Source of the DNA: Candidatus Moanibacter sp.
GTDB taxonomy: Bacteria; Verrucomicrobiota; Verrucomicrobiia; Opitutales; UBA2987
Reading direction: 5' to 3'
Assembly (NCBI GenBank): GCA_965215885.1
Contig: CBDCEW010000037.1
Location: 1-60,200 of the forward strand
DNA length: 60,200 nucleotides
Shown: piece by piece, positions 52,387 through 60,200 of the stretch
Layout of the letters: the number at the start of each line of letters is the position of its first letter
Position numbering within the stretch: position 1 is the stretch's first letter
Notes under the pieces: generated by a model
Seen by the model: only the letters and a program-made list of their open reading frames with translations
Databases searched by the model: none
What the model was told of the DNA's origin: nothing
Program-made: the position numbers and the translations under genes

Positions 52387-53269
52387 ACCGAGGGGGAAAC
52401 TACTGGCACAAATGATGGGAGAATGGTGAATTTTCATATCAAGACAACCAGCGGCACAGTTTCCGTTCTCGGTTAGAATCAGGAATCAAGACTTGCTCTG
52501 GAAACAGCTCCGGAATGGGCCGTGAGAATAGAGAATTGGCTACCCGAAGATTCACAGTCTGAGCCGTTGAGATTCGAGACGCTGCCAATCATTTTTCGCA
52601 AGGCGCATGCTGAGAGCGTTCAGAAGAAGACAACACCCAGGCAGAAAAGGTTGAAAAAGAAAGCCACCAAAGAGATGCGGAGACAGCAGAAATGAGTAAT
52701 TCCTCAAACATAGAAAAGATCTTCGACGTCGAGAAATTCTGAAGACCTTCGTTCGTACTATGGCTGAATGAAGCGCACAACAGTTGAAACAGATTCAATC
52801 CGAAGTGGGATTTTCAGATATGCCGATGGAGTACCGTATTCCTGAAATGAGCAATTCGATGAAACTTTCTCTCACTTTCGATGAAAAGCGCGTCAAGGGT
52901 TTCATTAGAAAAAGTCCGACTCCAAATCAGCCGAAGCTATGAGTACCCTTAATCTCAGCCTCGTAGCTGTTCCGAAGGAGATTTCTGATTAGGTTACTTT
53001 TTATAATCATAACGGATTGATGGGGTCATGTTGATCTTTTTGCAAAAAGGATGTCCGTTAGCCGATCGATTCGATGCGGTCGGGGTGCTTCTTTGGAACG
53101 CCGATACGTTTCAGCTCACCGCCGATATTGCTGCGATTCCCAAATGATTTCCAAGACCCTGGATCTACACCTAACTATGGACAATAGCACCGCACACCCA
53201 CCTAACCCCCAACCGCATTGCCTGCCAGATTCATAATCATTGGTCGCTGTCCATTGGATACTGGTCGCT

Positions 53270-55291
53270 TTCGAGTAGGCAGGGGACTCCCATGACTTAG
53301 GACGAGGTTTGTTTTCTCAGTTTGCCGCCTGCTTTCGCGGCGGTGCCACAGTATTTCGTCCCTATCACAGTTGTACCCCTGCCCCTCTCAGAACCGGACA
53401 AGCGGATTTCCCATACATCCGGCTCCTCGGTCAGTCATTCAGTAGGCCTCCGCTCTACGACATGGGTTCAGGTCTTTGCGGATCTTCGGTGAGGGCCAGT
53501 TCGCCCAGGCCAGAGCCCGGCTGAAGTCCTCCCAGGTGTATGCCTTGCGCTGACTCTTGCGGTTGAGCCATTTAAACAGGATGCGCGTGGCACAGCAGAC
53601 ATAATAACCGCACCTCTCCGAGTTATCCGTGATGGCATAGTAACTCAGGTGGCCGACCACTCGGGTGCGCGCCTGCCTGATCATCTCCCATTTTCTAAGC
53701 ACGTTTCGGGCCTTCCTGGCCCACTGCTTGTACTTGCACAGACTCTCTCCCAGCTTCTTACAGCTGGTGCGGCGTTTAACCTTGAAGTATCCCTCTTTGG
53801 TCTTCCCGCAGTAATGCACAAATCCCAGGAAGGTGAACTGCTCTGGTTTCTCTCCGCGCTTCTGTGCGTCTTCGCGTGCGAACCTCCCGAATGCAATGCA
53901 TTGGGTCTTCTCCTCGGCCAGTTTCAGCCCGAACCCTTCTAGCCGATCCCCCAGCCGCTGTTTAAACCCCTCTGCATCGTCCTTGTACTGAAAGCAGGCA
54001 AGAAAATCGTCGGCGAAGCGAAAATAGTACGCTTCTCCTCGACTCTGCCTGCGCACTCGCCGGCTGAACCACAGGTCCAGCACGTAGTGCAGGTAGATGT
54101 TCGACAGCAACGGCGAAAGAATCGATCCCTGTGGTGTACCTTCCTCGGTGGCGTGGACCAAACCCTCTTCCATGATGCCACTTTTGAGCATTCGGATAAT
54201 CAGTCTGATCACCCGTTCGTCCCCAATGCGGTGCCGCAGGAACTTTATCATCCACTCCTGATTTACTTTGTCGAAGAAGCTCCTGATGTCGGCTTCCACC
54301 ACTTGATTAGCCTTCCGCTGCTGGATCGTCCTGCCCAGTTCATCCAGACACTTGTGCGGACTCCTTAAAGGCCGGTATCCATAGCTGCTGTCCTCGAATA
54401 CGGCCTCGTAGATCGGTTCCAGCGTCTCCTTGGTCGCTCTCTCGACGATCTTGTCTTCGAGATTGCTGATTCCCAGCGGTCTGCCTTTCTCGCTCCCCGC
54501 CTTCGGGATGTAACTGCGTCGCTTCGGTTCCGGACGGTATCCCATCACTCGCAGTCGCTCTGACAGTTCCCGCAGGTTTGCTTCGAGGTTTTTCCCGTAT
54601 TCGGCTCTTGTTACCCCATCTACACCGGTCGCCTTATTCGCCTCCAGTGCGTCGTAGCAGGCACCCAGGTTGTCCACATCATAGATGTGGTGATACAGAC
54701 TGGTGAAGACCAGCCTCGGCTCCCTGCGCGCTTTTTCCCCTATCCGTGTCAGGTCTGTTGCCATCGCTTATTCGCTCCTTGCATAACGTCAATGTTTCTC
54801 CTTCCACGGTCAACTTCCCGTGGGGACCTTCGCTCGGCGGGCATTACTCGCTTCCTCGCTAGACCTTCTCGGTACACCGGTACCCATCACTCGCTACGTG
54901 GCCCTTCCCTGCCCTCTTTTTACATTGGTCAGGGTACTCGGGGTTTCCCCTGGTGGGCGCTTCCCCAAGAGCTCTCTCGTCGCTCGCCTGGTTACTTCTC
55001 TGCCGTTGCACGGCTCGATCCTGTCTTAGACCCCGGGGCGGCGGCGGCGCACTTGTCTCTTTCGCGCTCACCGCATGGCCTGCTCCCGAAGAGAGGGGAT
55101 CGGCCCAGTCCCAAACTGAATGGTTCTCGGGGCTACGTGTCAGATTCAGAGCTACACCCTTCACCTCGCCGCACTCGTTACTCTTCCTTTCTTCCTTTCG
55201 GTTTTCTCAGTCATTTCACTACCGGGCCGCTGACCAGGCCTTACCCGGGGAGGCTTCCATGCCACTGACATGTTCCTCCTCAGCAGACAAC
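53270..55291 (-). mobile_element. Group II intron (boundaries approximate)
   Basis: Domain V gagccggatgtatgggaaatccgcttgtccggttc (53425..53391), long domain VI ending cctactcgaa, RT ORF, structured 5' region. Confidence 0.88.
53439..54764 (-). CDS. ltrA: Group II intron reverse transcriptase/maturase, no En domain
   Basis: KATGVDG, RPLGI, SYGYRP, EADIRSFFD, GTPQG, RFADD, FTFLGF, domain X YYA...WLNRKS. Confidence 0.95.
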   Translation of the reverse strand: MATDLTRIGEKARREPRLVFTSLYHHIYDVDNLGACYDALEANKATGVDGVTRAEYGKNLEANLRELSERLRVMGYRPEPKRRSYIPKAGSEKGRPLGISNLEDKIVERATKETLEPIYEAVFEDSSYGYRPLRSPHKCLDELGRTIQQRKANQVVEADIRSFFDKVNQEWMIKFLRHRIGDERVIRLIIRMLKSGIMEEGLVHATEEGTPQGSILSPLLSNIYLHYVLDLWFSRRVRRQSRGEAYYFRFADDFLACFQYKDDAEGFKQRLGDRLEGFGLKLAEEKTQCIAFGRFAREDAQKRGEKPEQFTFLGFVHYCGKTKEGYFKVKRRTSCKKLGESLCKYKQWARKARNVLRKWEMIRQARTRVVGHLSYYAITDNSERCGYYVCCATRILFKWLNRKSQRKAYTWEDFSRALAWANWPSPKIRKDLNPCRRAEAY

Positions 55292-55900
55292 CAATGCCAG
55301 GTTGCCCTCCTCCCTCACCGTCCCAAATAGTTCTCTACGATAACCACGTCACGCCGTCCTGTCTGGCCGTAGACTCCCAACATTCCGTCCAAGACGAACG
55401 TGCCGCCGTGTGGCAGAGCGAAGACGGAATTTCCCGCTTAATGATAGGAAAGATCGCTCCCTTAAAATCGATCCTCCGTTCCCTCAACGTAAGAGGCCGT
55501 CATACCGACCATTTCATCCGATCAAGAATATCAAGAAGAACAACATGACCCATTTTCGGCCCTTCTTTTCGGCCCGGAACGAACCGTTTCGGAAATTCCT
55601 TTTGCAGGCGTGCGAGAGCGTCGTCTGGATTCTGCACGCCTATTGCATAGTGGGGAATCACTAGTCAGCGAACTGGAAAGTGGCGATTGCCTGACTGCTG
55701 AAGAAGCGTCATCTGAGCGCAAACGGCTGGATAATTGAACAGTTAAACATCGGAACCACTTCGGAGGTGAGCCGGTACGTCGCGTGCATGTTTGCCGGAG
55801 AGAGAAGCCTGGTCCTCCGATGCTAAGAGAAGCCGATTTCAAAGATTAACTCCTGACCCGAATGGCGCTTGACCCGAATGGCGCTAAGATAGGCCCGGTT

Positions 55901-57232
55901 GGAAAGAACCTGGACATGGGTAACACTTCTTCTACACACATAGGTAACACTCTTTGTTTAAATGCAGTTGTTTCATGAGGTCGAATTTACCGAAGGATCA
56001 ATGTATGCCGGGGGGCGGAAACTGTCCTTCTTGTTGAGCTTTAAGACTCCCAGGCGGAGGTTGGCAAAGTAAATCTGTGTGGGAGCGTTGGCGGTTTCCA
56101 CGAGGCCGACTTTGACCGTAGAAAAAGCTTCTCCCACAAAGTAGTTCTGACCCTTCCAACAGAGGAAGCCGCTTTGTGATATTTTCTTCACCTGATACTC
56201 TTTTGGGTAGTGCACATATTTGTCGCTGTGGTGATAGCGTCTTGGACTGGGGTGGTACTTTTGAGCCGGTTTGGCCATCTCCAGTGATTCGTGCGGGCGG
56301 AGGTGATTGAAGGACTGTTTCCAGCGCTCAAAGCGCCTCTGCTGGGCCTTGCGGTTGGCCGAAGGGGGACGGATCGCTTCGGCTTTGAGAGTGCGGTGCA
56401 TGCGCTCGTGACTGCCGTTATCCTGAGGACAACCTTTGCGGGTAAATTCCACCCGGATGCCCAGTTGGATCCACCATACACTCAGCTTGGACAGTCCCGC
56501 TAATCCCATCGCCGCAAAGGGCGTTCCGTTGTCTACGCGAATGATCCGGGGAAGCCCATATTGACGGAAGATCCGCTTAAATGCTCTCTTTACAAGCTTT
56601 TGCGTCTGACCTTCAAGCCCCTTACATGCAATCACGTAGCGGCTGTATAGGTCGGTCACCGTAAGCGGATCACAGCGCACCCCATCGGCGGTGTGAAACC
56701 AGCCCTTGAAGTCGACACTCCAGACATGGTTGGCCTTCTGCGGCTCGCTTAGAGCTTGAGGGGGGTGATGGTAAATGCCCACCCGCCGCCGTTTTATCTT
56801 CCGAGTCAGACCGTGGCGGTGGAGAATCTTCGCGAGCGTGCTCACAGCCGGAGGTTTTTCGATCTTACTCTCAGTGATGAGTACCTCGCGAAGCTTCTTC
56901 GGTCCCCATGTCGGATGCCGCCGTTTTACCTTCAAGACCAGTCCTTCGACGACCTCATCGGTGGCATGGGGATAACGATGAGGCCGTCGTGTTCTTTCCT
57001 CCAATCCCAGGAGGCCTTCCTGGCGGTAGCGTGCCCGCCACTTATAGCCACTTTTGCGACTGATACCGAACTCTTCGCAGAGCCTACTGAACGATTGCTC
57101 TTTGCGCTCTGCGAGAGTGACAAACCGATGTTTCTGTTCCATAGATGACACTTCTTTCCAAGGTATAAAGCCCAAGTTAAAGTGTTACCTATGTCCGTAG
57201 AACTTTTGTTACCTATGTGTCCGGATCATACC
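55901..57232 (-). mobile_element. IS481-family IS
   Basis: Doubled acat[a/g]ggtaaca motifs at both ends; possible 3-bp GTT duplication. Confidence 0.85.
55973..57175 (-). CDS. IS481-family transposase
   Basis: HTH, WGPKK, WSVDFKG, RVDNGTPF, QDNGSHERMH, RPHESL. Confidence 0.93.
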   Translation of the reverse strand: MGFIPWKEVSSMEQKHRFVTLAERKEQSFSRLCEEFGISRKSGYKWRARYRQEGLLGLEERTRRPHRYPHATDEVVEGLVLKVKRRHPTWGPKKLREVLITESKIEKPPAVSTLAKILHRHGLTRKIKRRRVGIYHHPPQALSEPQKANHVWSVDFKGWFHTADGVRCDPLTVTDLYSRYVIACKGLEGQTQKLVKRAFKRIFRQYGLPRIIRVDNGTPFAAMGLAGLSKLSVWWIQLGIRVEFTRKGCPQDNGSHERMHRTLKAEAIRPPSANRKAQQRRFERWKQSFNHLRPHESLEMAKPAQKYHPSPRRYHHSDKYVHYPKEYQVKKISQSGFLCWKGQNYFVGEAFSTVKVGLVETANAPTQIYFANLRLGVLKLNKKDSFRPPAYIDPSVNSTS

Positions 57233-57251
57233 GTTAACGACGATTTTTGCC

Positions 57252-58697
57252 CTAGTTTCTGCGCGAGCGCGAGACTTTCATTTTCCAGCGTGGCTTCGTT
57301 AGTAATTGGTAGGATTTCGGTCGTCGTTTGACCGCTCGGGGTTCGCTGCGGTGTTCTCGTAACGGAACGGTCTCCTCGGCAATTATCAGAACCATCTCGT
57401 CAATGATTCTCTGTTGCTTTCGAGGCTGCTTGCGGGTGGCGTTCAGGGGGGTGGAAAACTGCCGCACGGTGTCGACGGTGCTCTTGAAACTGAGCCGATT
57501 CAGATCACGCTGATAGAGTGTGGCGGCGTGCTGCATGAGGGCGCGGATGAGATTATAGGCGATCAAGAACATCTGCACTTCCTTACCTACCATTTCGGGA
57601 GTGAGGCAGCGTACCGTTTCCATCTTCATAGTGGTTTTAATGTCGCGAAAATACAGTTCCACTGACCAGCGGCGCAAGTAGAGTTCGCCCAGATCCTCTA
57701 CGGTGTATTGGAGAGGGTCGGTCAAGGTGGTGACAAGGTCGATCTTTCGGGTGCGGAATCCTCTGATCTAAACGAAGATACGCACCATTCGCAGAGTCAG
57801 TTCGGCCGGCAATTGAGCCCACTGTTGCGGGCTGAACCCCTGTGGTCTTTGCGGTTTTTTCCAGGTCACCAGCCGATCATATCGGCCCAGTCTGTGGCCT
57901 TTTCGATAATCGCATTTGCGTGCCTGGTGCAGGCGCATCACCGCGTCCATCTGCTTGTTTCGAAGCAGCCCAAGATCGGCATAGGAACAATAACCGCGAT
58001 CGCACAGAACCACATCTGCCTTCCTCAAATACCCCAGGAATTTGCGCAAAATGCCGCTCTCATGGCTTTCCAGGGTAGTCTCGACACAATGCAATAAGGC
58101 TCCACTGGCTAAACAGAAACAGCCCACCAGAAGCATGGCGGGAAAACCGCACCCCTCTTTCTGCCCTGCGGGTTGAGGAAAGGCTCTCTGGTTCTCCTCG
58201 GTATCGGCCATACTGATCCCAGTACCGTCAATCACCTTGACCTCGTGCCCCTTCCATCGCTGTGATTGCCTTACCTCCTTTTGTATCTGCTCGCTGACCT
58301 CTTAACGGATCTTATGTAAGTCCTCTATACCTATGCGCTGACGTGCCTGGCAATAGGCCGAAGTGGAGGAACTGGGCAGGTTCAACTCACGCTCACTGCA
58401 GTAGCTCTGCACCTTTCTGACGACTTCCCGGCAGGCTGTCTGCGGGGAGAGCACCTGGCACAGAAACCCCCAGAAGGTCGTCCTCAGGGAGTATACTCGT
58501 TCCCGGCTGTTTTCTTTTTCGCTCTTGGGTTCCAAAACACCCAGAGGAATCCACCGATCAAACAGATCCGACAACTCCGATAGACTTGACTCTCTTATAT
58601 GAGCCAGTCTTTGCTTTAATTGTGCCAGGGCTGATTTAGGCGGGCGACCGCATGGTATGTGGTTAAACCCAGGAAGGAATCTTGTCATGTTTTTCAT
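57252..58697 (-). pseudogene. IS4 transposase with two in-frame stops
   Basis: Three ORFs in one frame separated by TAA (58304-58302) and TAG (57770-57768); VIDGTG, CDRGY, Y..RW.VE..FR.IK. Confidence 0.9.
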
Positions 58698-59311
58698 ACA
58701 ACAAGATTAGACTACTAACGGTCCTAGTGCAAGCTTTTTTACAATTATTTTTGGCTTATCTTAGCGCCATTCACTCCTGACCCATTTTTCGCCTCTACGC
58801 AGATTGGGAGTGGGAGTGTGTCGAGAATCTCTTGTCGAATAGTTGAAGACAGCCAATGGCTCTGATGTGTCCACAGTCGAATCGAAACCAGCCACTAATG
58901 GTGGAAATTACACAGCCACGCAATTTGCCGAATATTCACCTCGATTTTCAGCGATTGTTCTTTCAAGAAACTCAGCATGAAAGTGTTACAGATGAGTTCT
59001 TGAAAGAACAATCGTCGCTCACGTGACTCTATAGGTGGATGGTTTGATTCGTTCTTTTGTGGCTGGATTTTAGTGACCGCTGACACGCATCGCAGAGGAA
59101 GCGTAGACCGTAAATCTCGCCCAAACTATTTTTGAGCACTTCGTAAGCGTAAATCGTGAAGTAAGCGGAAGCTACGGAAAGCTTGCTATCCTGCTGGATC
59201 GGCTGAGAATATGTATGTACGTCAGGTTTCCGCGGAAACGCTCGCGACTGAGAACCTCGCCTTCGAGCAGGATTGTTCTACAGAATTGTTAGACCAAATT
59301 AGACATCGCTC

Positions 59312-60094
59312 ATGGAACCCATTCAAGTAATTGCTTGGACCTATGTGGCAGTTTTCGCGATTACTGCCCTCCTTACCCTTGGCGGAATTGTAGACACGTT
59401 TACTTTTATCCAAATTCCGGAACCTTACCTTAGGAAGCTGTTTTATGCCCTAATTCTGGAGATCGTAGTTGGTGGGGTCGCCATAGGAAGCAACTTTTTG
59501 ACTGCCGGTGACCTACTTTCAACCGAAGATTCCAAAGCTTTGACTGACGAGAACACACGTCTCAGAGAGTTCAATAAAAATTGGAAGGTCGCAAATGTTA
59601 AACTAATGAGCGAAATCGTGCGTCTTGAGCAATTTCAAGAGACTCAAAAAAATCGATTTCAGGAAAGCCATAGAGATAAAAGTCAACAGCTGGAATCCGA
59701 ACTTGCTAATATGGAAAAGCAGTACAAAGATCAGACCGAGAGATTCCAGAAACTGCAAGCGAGTTTTACGAGGAAATCCAGCGGCGCGAGGGTACTCTGG
59801 AAACGAGCTAATGATGACGATTCGTTCGAATTTAATGATCTTGTGGACATAGGTGAAGTCATGCTACCAAGTGGATCGAAAGGTGGATACGTATGTAGGG
59901 TCCTTGATGATAATACAGTGATTCCGGGATCGTTAGTCGACAATGTATGTATCAGTCACCATAGCAACTTTTATCAAAATAGTGTAGCGAATTTCACCTA
60001 TTCTGACTATGAAGTACTGACGGACATTGAGAAATTTGCATGGGTTGCACCTACAAAAGAAGACAAATTCAGAACTTTTTCGTCGGATATATAA
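59312..60094 (+). CDS. Two-TM coiled-coil protein with C-terminal DM9-like domain
   Basis: Two TM helices, Q/E/K coiled coil, YVCRV...IPG...C...YEVL. Confidence 0.65.
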   Translation: MEPIQVIAWTYVAVFAITALLTLGGIVDTFTFIQIPEPYLRKLFYALILEIVVGGVAIGSNFLTAGDLLSTEDSKALTDENTRLREFNKNWKVANVKLMSEIVRLEQFQETQKNRFQESHRDKSQQLESELANMEKQYKDQTERFQKLQASFTRKSSGARVLWKRANDDDSFEFNDLVDIGEVMLPSGSKGGYVCRVLDDNTVIPGSLVDNVCISHHSNFYQNSVANFTYSDYEVLTDIEKFAWVAPTKEDKFRTFSSDI

Positions 60095-60200
60095 GGGATA
60101 ATGATGGAAGGAAAATGTACAGGAGTGCATGTAGGTCGAAATTCCAGAGAGGATTCATAATCGGTATAGTGATCAACAATAGGTGCTCTCTTCCTAGACC

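Larger units (their letters stand above)
55876..58772 (-). mobile_element. IS4-family IS with 11-bp target duplication ACTCCTGACCC, containing a nested IS481
   Basis: IR gaatggcgctaagata[g/a]gcc at both ends; duplication at 55849-55859 and 58773-58783. Confidence 0.9.

Noticed and set aside
52400..53050. Possible eroded gene downstream of the three-gene operon
   Set aside because: No sustained open frame or recognisable motif.
53439..54764. Retron or DGR reverse transcriptase
   Set aside because: Maturase domain X and adjacent intron domains V and VI identify a group II intron; no TR/VR pair seen.
57252..58697. Alternative genetic code or pyrrolysine readthrough in the IS4 transposase
   Set aside because: Two different stop codons are involved, and TAA and TAG terminate normal genes in this window.
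1..60200. CRISPR array or cas genes
   Set aside because: No regularly spaced repeats with unique spacers; the 138-nt periodicity at 28793-29180 is a protein repeat.

Overview
An IS- and repeat-dense 60.2 kb bacterial region. The gene content (PQQ-like propeller, SWIM-SNF2 helicase, Gfo/Idh/MocA) suggests a PVC-superphylum, possibly Verrucomicrobia-like, host; this is inference only. Mobile elements: two DUF4338-ISAs1 copies, ISL3, two ISNCY/IS5-like copies, a tnpA-only IS200 plus a 92-bp derivative, IS256, IS481 nested in a dead IS4, a group II intron with RT, and several palindromic MITE/REP families. Other content: tRNA-Ser(CGA), BrnT and HEPN/MNT toxin-antitoxin pairs, Uma2 nuclease, penicillin-acylase-like hydrolase, enolase-superfamily dehydratase, ABC-F, and an uncharacterised three-gene envelope operon. 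Main observations: (1) a perfect 30-bp inverted repeat pair 5 bp upstream of tRNA-Ser, a candidate invertible switch; (2) three diverged copies of the SNF2 3' end that delimit tandem att-like islands; (3) a selenocysteine peroxiredoxin (TGA plus SECIS-like hairpin) split by IS200; (4) a patatin gene interleaved with IS1595 fragments, either an assembly mosaic or short-patch capture; (5) a C5T5 frameshift shared by both ISAs1 copies. All family calls come from motif recognition, not database searches.
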